DNA of 64,000 nucleotides, taken from Paramoeba atlantica (lineage: Eukaryota > Protista > Discosea). Both the position numbers and the translations under genes were made by a program. Shown here piece after piece: positions 32,388 to 42,324 of the stretch; the stretch's first letter is position 1; each line of letters begins with the position of its first letter. Below the pieces are notes generated by a model, which saw only the letters and a program-made list of their open reading frames with translations, ran no database searches and had not been told where the DNA came from. The DNA is taken from assembly GCA_977017575.1 (NCBI GenBank), contig CDRNVI010000019.1:124001-188000 (forward strand), written 5' to 3'.

Positions 32388-35255
32388 TCAGCTGCTCAAG
32401 GTTTTGCGAACAATTTCAGCAACGTTTTTCGATAGCCCTTCTGTTTGCCCTATCATCTGCAAAAGTCCACGAATCGCAGCTTGTCGCCCTGGCGTATAAT
32501 ATCGAAGAAGTGCGAAAGCATTGACAACTCTCGCAGCAACCTGAGCGTTAAATTTGTCCAAACTAAGCACGTGCCGTGCCATGAAGGCGTATCCACTGTA
32601 GCTTGCATCATGGAAATTCACATGACTCCCTTCAAATGCTGCAATTAGTGAATATATACTGTTTGGATTCGTCTTCACAAAGCTCGAACTGTTATAAATG
32701 CTTTCAAGCTGTCCAATGTTATTCGGAACGTTCGCGGTGGCGTGCGCCCTGTACCATTTCAGGATCACGAGAGGTTCGTTCTTCCACTTTTCGTGAAACT
32801 CATCGAACGCTACGGATCGACTAGAACAGTTATAATTCAAAGATTGCAATGCAGCGATCTCATCTGTCATGTTCGTTGCTGATCGAAATCTCTGTAACAA
32901 TCGCTTCTCAAATTGAGTATCTTCCAGACGAGCCAGCATTTCATAGGCTTTATTTACTATCGCCCTTCGTGCTACCTCGGCCGGTTTAGTGCTGTATACC
33001 ACTGGACCAGTCTCTATATTATCGATAATTTGTTCCAAATGCCCTCGAAGTCGAAAAGAGAGCTCGGAATTTAGGAATTTGGTGACATGGTGAAACAGGG
33101 GTGGGTCAAGAGTAGCGTGAGGAAACTCTGAGATCAATTCGTTTAGAACAGGTAGCGAGATAGCATGTGCTTTGAACTTGTTATCAATTTTTTCATCAGT
33201 CAATATCGACTGAAAGCCTTTGACAACACAATCCTCAAAGAGATAAGAAAGTCTGCCGTCCTCGGAAAACAAAAGTTCTCGTAATACTTCATTGGATAAC
33301 TGTTTCGCAGAGTTTACCCCAAATTCCGACGCTAGACCATGAAATTGTAAGAAATGTTGTCTTGCCTTTCGATATAATCCTAAGATAATTTCACGGCATA
33401 AACTTTGCCCTGCATCATACCGCACAAATTCATCGGTATCATGACGGAGCAAAGTCATCAGATCTGTATCCTTTTGATTCTTTATTCGGCATTGCACGGG
33501 GGCGCTAAAACCTCGTAGAGAGGATATAACGGGAGTACACGCTCCACTATTGCTTAAGTGAAAAGTAAAGTAATTCTCCTTATTGTCGACGCGAAGAACA
33601 GTTTCAATAGTCTGCTCACACGAACTTGTTTGTCCATCAGCTTTCAAAATGAAAGAGAGTAGGTCGCCTGTTTTGGGGTGAAGGAATGCAATTCGAATAG
33701 GAATCAGAAGAGGTGTGGACTTTTCTGCGGTGTCTTTTAAGCCCGACGAAATGTTTTGAGTAACTTTTAAAATAAGTATTTCATTGGTAGAATCATAAGA
33801 GGGCTCCATTTCTACCATGGGTGTGCCAGCCGTAGAATACCACGAGCGAAACTGAGATAAGTCTTCTTCATTTGCGTCTGCCATTGCTGACAGGAAATCT
33901 TCACATGTCACCGCTTGCCCATCGTGCCTTTGAAAATAGAGATCCATGCCCTTGCGAAACCCTTGTCTCCCGAGCAGTGTTTCGTACATGCGCACCACCT
34001 CGGCTCCCTTTTCGTACACCGTAGTGGTATAAAAATTATCAATGGTTTCGTATACATCTGGGCGCACAGGGTGAGACATGGGACTTTGATCTTGAGCAAA
34101 TTGGCGAGAACGCACGACAGATATATTGCCCAATCTGGTTACGGCTCTGGAATTCATGTCACAGGAAAATTCTCCATCTCTATAAACGGTCAAGCCCTCC
34201 TTTAATGTCAACTGAAACCAATCGCGACAGGTTACTCGGTTTCCCGTCCAATTGTGAAAGTATTCATGACCTACTACCCCCTCAATGTACTCGTAGTCAA
34301 AGTCCGTGGCAGTTTTTGAGTCAGCAACTATAACCTTCGTATTGAAAATGTTCAAAGATTTATTCTCCATTGCTCCCATATTGAAATCGTCCACAGCGAC
34401 AACATTGAACAAGTCTAAATCGTATTCTCGACCGAAGGTTACCTCGTCCCATTTCATTGCCTTCTTTAGAGATGCCATTGCGTGATCAAGTCTATTTAAA
34501 TAGCGTTCATCTGAGTACATGTGAAGGGCTACATTTCTACCGGACATAGTTTCGAAACTGTCGGTCTTCCTGGATAATTTGCCAGCAACGATCGCAAACA
34601 GGTAAGTGGGTTTAGGAAAAGGATCAACCCATCTTGTAAAGTGAAATCCTGGACGGCCTTGCATTTTCCCTGATTCGGAAAGATTTCCATTGCACAACAA
34701 GACCGGATATCGACTTTCTTCTGCAATCAAAAGCGCATCAAACTTAGATAATACGTCAGGTCGATCAAAGGCATAAGTAATGGCACGAAACCCCTCGGCT
34801 TCGCACTGCGTACAAAAGGTCCCTCCGCTCTTATACAAACCTTCAAGCTCTGTATTCTTTTGTGGCTGAATACAAACTTCAGTTGAAAGCTTCCACACAT
34901 CAATAGTTGAATCCTTTTCTTGATGTAGTAAATTGGGGGAGAGGTGGAGATTTTGATTTATTAGTTTATAGTTTTCTCCACGCTTCAGGACATAACCATT
35001 CAGCTTAATTTCATTTAATTGTAGCATTTTGTGGCCATGAAGTAGCAATCCATGTTCCTTAACGTATTGAAGAGGAGTACGTCCGTGTGCTTCAAGAAAT
35101 GCGATGTCGGTGTGATCTTTCAAAACTATTTCTGTCGCACATTTTACAAGCGTAGACTCCTCGCCCAGTTCTATGTTCAAGGATATCTTCTGCACCTTAA
35201 TGGGCAATGGTTTATATTCTTTGCGGTAAGTCAGCTTCGCGATGTCCGCACACAT
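32388..35255 (-). CDS. pepN: M1 alanyl aminopeptidase, PepN type with DUF3458-like C-terminus
   Basis: TQCEAEGFR, GAMENK, HEYFH...E zinc motif, YEKGAEVVRM. Confidence 0.95.
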   Translation of the reverse strand: MCADIAKLTYRKEYKPLPIKVQKISLNIELGEESTLVKCATEIVLKDHTDIAFLEAHGRTPLQYVKEHGLLLHGHKMLQLNEIKLNGYVLKRGENYKLINQNLHLSPNLLHQEKDSTIDVWKLSTEVCIQPQKNTELEGLYKSGGTFCTQCEAEGFRAITYAFDRPDVLSKFDALLIAEESRYPVLLCNGNLSESGKMQGRPGFHFTRWVDPFPKPTYLFAIVAGKLSRKTDSFETMSGRNVALHMYSDERYLNRLDHAMASLKKAMKWDEVTFGREYDLDLFNVVAVDDFNMGAMENKSLNIFNTKVIVADSKTATDFDYEYIEGVVGHEYFHNWTGNRVTCRDWFQLTLKEGLTVYRDGEFSCDMNSRAVTRLGNISVVRSRQFAQDQSPMSHPVRPDVYETIDNFYTTTVYEKGAEVVRMYETLLGRQGFRKGMDLYFQRHDGQAVTCEDFLSAMADANEEDLSQFRSWYSTAGTPMVEMEPSYDSTNEILILKVTQNISSGLKDTAEKSTPLLIPIRIAFLHPKTGDLLSFILKADGQTSSCEQTIETVLRVDNKENYFTFHLSNSGACTPVISSLRGFSAPVQCRIKNQKDTDLMTLLRHDTDEFVRYDAGQSLCREIILGLYRKARQHFLQFHGLASEFGVNSAKQLSNEVLRELLFSEDGRLSYLFEDCVVKGFQSILTDEKIDNKFKAHAISLPVLNELISEFPHATLDPPLFHHVTKFLNSELSFRLRGHLEQIIDNIETGPVVYSTKPAEVARRAIVNKAYEMLARLEDTQFEKRLLQRFRSATNMTDEIAALQSLNYNCSSRSVAFDEFHEKWKNEPLVILKWYRAHATANVPNNIGQLESIYNSSSFVKTNPNSIYSLIAAFEGSHVNFHDASYSGYAFMARHVLSLDKFNAQVAARVVNAFALLRYYTPGRQAAIRGLLQMIGQTEGLSKNVAEIVRKTLSS

Positions 35256-35419
35256 TTTTTCAAAAGAAAAGTAAGAAATGCAGGATGGAAAATGAATAAC
35301 AAGCGTATTTTTGTGAAAGTGAATAGCAAAATTCTTCCGTGTTTAGACAAGAGCCCAAAAAGCAAAATAAAACCAATCCTCGAATCTATAACAGTTATAG
35401 ATTCCATCATAAAATGATA

Positions 35420-36745
35420 TGTTAACCCCCCTAGGCCCACCGGAAGCATACCGCCCCACCCCCTTCGTCCTACCCCCGAACCCCGCAGCGGTACCAGTCC
35501 TGTACCGCCGCCTGCACAATCTGGGCATTCCCTCTCTGGATGGCCACCCCGATGGCCATTAAGAGATGGGCGAGACACCCATTCTTGTCCGATGAGTGGG
35601 CCCGGGCCACCTTGTTGAGGAAGGTCAAGGTTTCTGGGCCCGGGATCCCGTACGTGGAGAAGGCCAGAGGGTGGAATTCCATGCCCCTCACCAGCGCCAT
35701 CTCCTCATGAGAGCGCCTTTTGTTGGCCTCAGCCATCCTCAGCGTGTGAGATGGCTCCGCGGCCTCCTTCTCCACGTACGACGGGGCCAGTGGGTTCACA
35801 ACTGTGACGTCAACCAGGACGATCTTCCGTCCCAGCTGGAAACAGATGTCTGGCCCCCGTCCATTGTCGAACCTCGGCTCGTGGAGGTCCGGGTTGAACC
35901 CATAATGGACCAAGAGGTTCCGAAACGTCTCTTTGACTTCCTTATGGCGGGAGGCCTGAGTTTTCCCCTTCACCTTGCAGTCCAGTGCGTGTACGCAAAA
36001 CTCCTCATTGCTGAGGGTTGCACCGCACACGCACTGGAGCTCAGGCTCCGAGGTCGGGGCGACCAGGTACCGGAGGCGGGCCGCAGTCTCACACTGCGGA
36101 TCCCGCATGTAGTACTCCGGCCTATTTGGCAGGGCACTCATCCACTTGGTGGAGTGCACATTCTGGATCTGTCGCATGCAGACCAGTTGGGTTGCCGTTG
36201 GGGCGTTCCCCAGGGCTGCCGCACAAAGGTTGCGTCGTAGATCCTTGGCAGAAATTCCAGGTGCTATGCCTTGAAGGGCGTTTTTTGCCTTAACCTGCAT
36301 ATCCTGGGCCTTGTGCTCGAAGGGGATGGTCCCCAGGAAATCTACCGTAAAAAGGTTATTAGTAAACGGCGTTTTCCCCAGGGAACCCATCCCCCCGAGC
36401 AGGGCCTCGGCACATGCCATGACGGCCTTATCAACCTGGTCGTTGGCCTTTTTGGTTACCGGAGGCTCATGCGTCCTCACAATGAAGTTCCATCTGGGGC
36501 TTCCGCAGAGCCTCAGGAGGGGCATGGCGCATTGCCTGCTGATCTCCTTCAATTTCTCGAGGAAGGAGATCACCTTGGGGGTCCTGGAAAGAACCCAATC
36601 CTCCTCCTTGTCCTCGGACTCCCCGATGTACGCCCCCAGGAGTTTTAACCCCCCTGGGGAATGTATCATCCGAGTCCCAGAGAACTCCGTGAAGAATTTT
36701 TCGTGCCTTGTGGCAACTTTACACTTGGCGGCGTTCAGCCGTAGC
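35420..36745 (-). mobile_element. 5'-truncated CRE/SLACS-clade non-LTR retrotransposon (RT C-terminus + RLE endonuclease; ORF 35470-36745)
   Basis: RLNAAKCKV and GLKLLGAYIG (RT end); CxC...HALDC knuckle; RH; EP...PDI; DVTV; FHPLAFSTYG; AIQRGNA; visibly GC-rich against AT-rich flanks. Confidence 0.88.
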
Positions 36746-37022
36746 AAAACATGTAAAATGACATTGCTAAAAAACACATTTTATCTCTGTCCTCGTATAA
36801 AAAGGGAACCGAAATCAGGGTCCACGCAAGACATACTTTATTACCCAGCACCATGTCTCCCTTACAGTAAATACTAAGCTTAGATGCAACTTTACGCAAC
36901 AAAATCAGTTTGACGTGCAATGTTGATATCATAAGATTTGATCAATGGATTGACAGATAAGGGTTTTTCATCAGAGAGTTATTTCGCCTGGAGGATATAC
37001 TCTACTAGGCTTCGTCGAAAAG

Positions 37023-37072
37023 GACAAATAAGTGGGGGGTGGAGCTGTGACAAATAAGTGGGGGGGGCACAG
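37023..37072 (-). repeat. Solo transposon end related to the pogo-like family
   Basis: Two direct GACAAATAAGTGGGGGG copies ending CACAG|TA; reverse complement reads TA|CTGTG-C-run like the 38590 end; no partner end found. Confidence 0.6.
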
Positions 37073-37220
37073 TACATCAATCTATCTCATTGCAGATGAT
37101 GAATCAGCATCCCCGTTAACATGTACACTTCCGTCCAAGAATACATGTATTTTACATGTTGTACATGTTGTACATTTTATTGAAAAATGTCCATCCAAAA
37201 AATGGCACCGTTCTGCGGCT

Positions 37221-37266
37221 CATGATCGGGAAGTACACTTCCTCATGATTGGGAAGTAAACTTCCT
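37221..37266. repeat. Two tandem 23-bp units, each with a GGAAGT-N2-ACTTCC palindrome
   Basis: catgatcgggaagtacacttcct / catgattgggaagtaaacttcct. Confidence 0.8.
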
Positions 37267-37568
37267 CACTTGGCTGAGCATACCCCTTCCCGAAAACTGG
37301 CGCGATGCCTAGCAGATGAAGTCGCGGTATAAAATTGAAAGTATGAAAGAGGACTTCACGTAAGACAGGGCAGTGCCCAATGAACTTCATTGAATGAAGC
37401 GAAAACGTGTGCAGAATTAAAGAAATCGATGGCTAGAAGAAAATTACGGACTTCTTTATCTTTTTTTATCTCCCCTCCCTCAAATCGCGAACAAGTACAA
37501 TTACATAATTCCCATGATTGACAACAAGACTCGTACAGCACCGTCCCAACAGACAGTTTTCGTGCATA

Positions 37569-38314
37569 CACCCATGGACAGAAGTGTGCCCCCGGCCTGG
37601 CAAATGTCGATTTTTTTACCCGTTTTTTCTCATTTTTGCAGCATTCGAGAGATCTCGTTCCCCTAGCGAAGAGTTTTGCCGCCTTTGCTTCATAGGGACC
37701 CCCTGGTACCCCCTGTTTCCAAAAAACATGGTTTAATTGCCCGTTTTTTTGGAACACAGTCAATTTCTCTAGTATATTATCTTTTTTTCTCCCTGTTTTT
37801 TCTTCATGAGGACCCTGCCTCGCATAAATCATAAACGAAACATCGTTTTGTCGATTTCGGAGCGAACAGAGATAGTCAAACAGCATAAATCCACATAACT
37901 TTGTAGTTTTAAGCCACACAACTATGTAACCCTGACAAAGGCCACAGGAAAGGCGTTTAATGCTCTAAAACGTGCCCCACATAGATAGAAAGTGTTGAAT
38001 TCCATCAAATCTGTTCCTAAACGTATGCAAATAGTTATTCAGACCAATGGGGAGCATTGCGGATATTGATACTTCTTCCTTTTTTCTCATTTTCTCATTG
38101 AAAGGGTGATTTTTTTTCTAGATGTCTAATGCACCATTTTTTGTTTTTGGTCTACTTCGGGGTCACCACCAGAGCACCAGGGGGTCCCTATGAAAAAAAG
38201 GCGGCAAAGCTCTTCGCTAGGGGAACGAGATCACTCGAATGCTGCAAAAATGAGAAAAAACGGATAAAAAAAATGGCATTTGCCAGGCCGGGGGCACACT
38301 TCTGTCCATGGGTG
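37569..38314 (+). mobile_element. 746-bp internally deleted Tc1-like element, 139-bp TIRs, TA TSD
   Basis: TIRs 37569-37707 and 38176-38314 (CACCCATGGACAGAAGTGTG...); TA on both sides; transposase C-terminal remnant inside. Confidence 0.92.
37911..38069 (+). pseudogene. Tc1-like transposase C-terminal remnant
   Basis: KPHNYVTLTKATGKAFNALKRAPHR*KVLNSIKSVPKRMQIVIQTNGEHCGY* matches the Tc1 end pattern SMPRRL-AVI---GG-T-Y; one internal stop. Confidence 0.7.
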
Positions 38315-38589
38315 TATAACGGCGTACAAACAAGATCTCGTAGGCATCTAAAGGTGAACCACGAAACGGAGGGCTAATCGACGATGGCTTTTGCGTTTGA
38401 ACGAAAATTCTTTTGCAAATTCATCAGAGGCTATGTACTGTTTCAGAAAAAAAATCTTTTTTCGGCGGGTTTTGAGTGCTTATGGTGCGCTTTTTGCTTC
38501 ATTTACTACGAACTTTCGGCTCCTCACTTATTTACGGAGCAAGTTGCAGCGACCATGCGCACACGCTTGGCATAAATAATTTTGATTTA

Positions 38590-41458
38590 CTGTGACCCCC
38601 CCTTTAATATGGACAGGGGGTATTCCCCCCCTTTATTATGGACAAATCCGACCGGGCGCCGCGCAGCGGCGCAAATCTTTTTGGCGTACCCTTTTTTTTT
38701 TGTCTCTTTTTTTCTGTTTTTTAGGGTATCTGTAGCTAGATAATTTTGTCAGCTTTCACATACGTAGTTCTTTCACATATGTAGTTCGTCATGTTCATAT
38801 AATTCAGTCATTTTTCAACCTAATGAATTCCGTGGAAGGACCCTTAACCTCTTGGATTAAGGCAACACCCCCAAAGCCACAGGTAGGTAATCCAACAATG
38901 TTGATTACAAATGAGCGCAATGTCCACGCTTCTTTAGATATCCACGTAAAGGAGAAAAGGGGACGAACTGAGCTTAATATATACGAGAAGCGCGAAATCT
39001 GCCGATCGACTCTCTCGGTAAAAAGAATCCGAGAAAAATTGCGGAATTTCGCGAAGCGGAGTATATGAAATCCGTAGCCACGGTATGAGCTACTTTCAAA
39101 AACTCATTGATCGTTCCATGGGGAACAACCACAGGAATCGTGCTTTTAACGTTCGAGGAGGCGACTACAATGATCCCGAAGCAGTCTGCTACAACAAGTC
39201 TGAGGCAATGGAACGGGTACACTGCTCCTGCGTCCAAGCTTCCTCGTTATGGTGTCCCCTCACCAGAAATATCGTCATCGACATGATACGACAAAATACG
39301 GGATTGACTTCAATTAGTGCTTTGGAAGACACTTATGCGAAGTTCAGACGGTACTATGGTTGGGTGTGGTGGCGGTGGGGCAGAATACAGTGCTTAGCCC
39401 CCGCTGATGTGAACTTCAGAATTTCTCGTTGGGCTGAAAAGCTCTACGTTCAAAACACAGTCCGTTGCTACCGTTTCGCGTTTTTCGGGGATGAACCCGC
39501 CATGTTTGTCAATGGAGAGGTGCAAGGGCACACACTTGCTCCGGTAGGGTGCCCGCAACCTAAGGTAGTGGATACAAACCCAAAGGAAACAGTAACGGCA
39601 TTTCTTGCGGGCGTCTATGATTTAGGGGCCGACGAAGTTTACCCGCTCCACCCGACTGTAATTTTTGAGCACGGAGCGAAGCGCAGAGAAAGCTCAACAA
39701 TTTATTCGGAAATGACGAGTTACGCGAATAAATTGAAAGGAATATTTATTGATGTGAGCTCTTCTGGATGGGTGCGAGATGATATATATCCCCGCATGAT
39801 GCACTGTGACCCGCACACAATTCCGGTCGGGTGCACGAAAGCGATCCAAATTCACGACCGTGTATTCAATCGCCTATTTAAGAGGGCGTACAATGAGTTG
39901 CTCAGTGCATGGCGAATACAGAACTCTTCGTGTAAGGTAACTCTTTATTTGGTGCTGGAGTGGATAAAAGAGGCCCATTCGAGAGTGTGGGTAAAGCATC
40001 ACAACACTATTCTTAACGCCGCCCGCAGGTACATCAAGCAATCAGCTACAGAGTATCCAAAGGGCGAGAAGGATCCCGAAAGTGAACCAACCAGAAAAGC
40101 GAAAGTTGAGATAAAAGTCCGTGAGGAAATTTCACCACAAATAGAGTCTTCACGAAATGAGCCGATTGTTGTGCCGGAAACAGAGGAGACTCCTCCCACC
40201 CTGGTTGATACGTGGAAAAAAATTCGACGTCCCAAAAGCTGTCTTACCACGCACGCGGTGGATCAGCTCTTCCAAAACGTAATGGAGGTATATCGGGAAT
40301 TGCCTAATGTAGACAGGCATCTCATGTTCCTAAATACCGGACAGACGCAGTTGATGTTAGGCCTGGGCCGCAAGCCAAAACAGCATATTACATCGGTTCG
40401 TCGAATAGCCGCGGCTTTAATTTTTAATGGGCATTTTATCCTTGTCAATTTCCAGAGGTTTGGGCTAACTGTTTTCGACAGTTACGAAACATATTGTCCC
40501 TCTGCTCGATCTGATTTTCTGAACAGCATCATGATTCACATGCGTCCACTGATAGGTTTCTCTGCGGAGATGAAGATTAAATACGCCGCAGTGCCGCAAC
40601 AGCAACCAATGACGAATGAATGCGGGCTCCATTTGGTAAACAATCTGTGTAACTTGCTTTTTTTGGTTCCCGTGGAGAACAAGCTCACACGCAAAAACAT
40701 CTCAAAAACATGGCGACCATGCGTTCCCGGTACTCTGTCTCATCGTCCTGCCCTCACTGAAGAGCTTCACGATGAGGAAATAATTGACACTCAAGATTGT
40801 TTAGGGCAACTAATGCTTCATCCAGACAATGACCGCGGGGACATGGACACAGAGGGGTGGGATCAGTCAGTAGCGTATGATGATACTTTTGAATTGTAAA
40901 AGGGCTATTATTTTATTTTGTTATGATAAGTTTACGTGGGGGTTTTTCCGTGAGCTCTTAACGTTAGTCTTGTTTTTTCCCGTTGTGAACGTAAGTTCTT
41001 TCTTTCCACCTTTAGTTCATTTGTGTGAAACTTTGTATGAGTAGGAAGTTTGGGATCGATTTTTACGTTAGAACATCTACAATTTAACTGAATGGAACCT
41101 TTATAGCTACACGGAATATAGAGCTGAATGTGAGCATGCATGATTTTTTGCTTGTTGTTAATTTTTTATTCCTAATTATAGTGTACATCAATAATGTATA
41201 TCCTCCATGTATCCTTCACCCTAATGAAGAAGTGCCCCTTCACTCCTCATTGATGCCCTCCTCCCCCGCCCTCTTCCTCTGCTCTCCTCGCCCTCTCTCC
41301 TGGACATGGATTTTACAATTTTGATTTTTTGTCGTATTATAAGTAAAAAAGGCGCCGCGAAGCGTCGCCATTTTTTTTTTCACACCCCTTTCATCGCCCC
41401 CCCCCTTTATTATGGACAAAAGCCGAAAAAGTGTCCATATTAAAAGGGGGGGTCACAG
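38590..41458 (+). mobile_element. 2869-bp pogo-like DNA transposon, 26/27-bp TIRs, TA TSD
   Basis: TA|CTGTGACCCCCCCTTTAATATGGACA ... TGTCCATATTAAAAGGGGGGGTCACAG|TA; encodes transposase-Ulp1 fusion. Confidence 0.92.
38823..40899 (+). pseudogene. pogo-family DDE_1 transposase fused to C-terminal Ulp1/C48 peptidase; +1 frameshift near 39020-39024
   Basis: HTH-like EKREIC...CGISRSGVYEIR across the frameshift; FGDE(D136), TLAPVG, KETVT, SSSGWV, IPVGCTKAIQIHD(D258), VLEWIKEAH; protease H450 (NGHFILV), D465 (FDSY), C513 (QQQPMTNECG); numbering from ATG 39085. Confidence 0.85.
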
Positions 41459-41460
41459 TA

Positions 41461-41765
41461 CTATCCCTTAATAGGGCTACGTGTCACCCCCCCTTTAATA
41501 GGGCCATTTTGCCTGGAAGGCCAAAAAAGATTTCAGGGAAAATGCGAAAAAAATTGTCGAATGCGCCGCGAAGCGGCGTATTTTCTTTTCCGCATCTACC
41601 CCAACAACCAAAAGTGTATCAAAAGGGAGTAGGACCTTGTTTGACAACGATAAAAAAGGCGCCGCGAAGCTGCGCCGATTTTTTTCTTTCATATTATTTT
41701 CCATGTCTCCCCCTTTATTAAGGCCTTTTGCCCAAAATCGGAGTCCTATTAAATAGGGGGGATAG
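41461..41765. mobile_element. 305-bp MITE related to the pogo-like element, abutting its right end
   Basis: TA|CTATCCCTTAATAGG ... CCTATTAAATAGGGGGGATAG|TA (imperfect TIR); subterminal CCCCCTTTA repeats; two GCGCCGC-GAA-GC hairpins. Confidence 0.7.
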
Positions 41766-42324
41766 TAACTAACTTAACAACGCAACACACTCGCTGGCTC
41801 AAGTACAGAAGACTATCCACAACAGCAGACGTTGAAAGCTCTGCGTGATCCTGGTCAGTGTCAATCTGTATTAGAAGAATTATTAAACAAATGTTATCTC
41901 CCAGTCGACTCCCGGCGCAGATTACCGAATTCCGCTGGGGTACCACCCTTGTACCGCGGCCTGTATCATCTACGCAGTCCCTTTGAATAGTCACCCCACG
42001 GCTATCACTAAAAGGGTTGAAACATCCCCAGCCGCACCCACCCGCACCCAGTCGCACACAGTGTATCTTCAACGGCAAAGACTTACGGCAAGCGAAATTT
42101 AGGAGATCCAGAAGGAACACGTTCGGGGTACTACTCCCCGAGATGATAACTTTTTCAGTTAATTTGTACGGGTGCTTCACCATGCGCGTATTTTTGCAGA
42201 ATACAACCCAAAAGAAAGTGAGACCCGTGTAGACTAAAAACCTTTCACAACATGAACTTTATGTCCTTACATTGACATAAAACTAACCCACAGTCCGGTT
42301 TATCCCAAGTGAGGTAAAAAAGAA

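Noticed and set aside
35400-36770. TAAAATGA on both sides of the retroelement as a TSD
   Set aside because: Not adjacent to the junctions and only partly matching
37356-38377. ORFs 37356-37919 (-) and 38129-38377 (+) sharing a near-identical peptide
   Set aside because: Artefact of translating the 139-bp TIRs
39805-39820. Internal ACTGTGACCC matching the TIR start
   Set aside because: Encodes HCDP in the transposase frame; a 10-bp match is compatible with chance
39751-39858. Apparent DD34D spacing using the Asp of GIFIDV
   Set aside because: That Asp precedes the SGW motif, which lies upstream of the second catalytic Asp in pogo proteins; the spacing is coincidental
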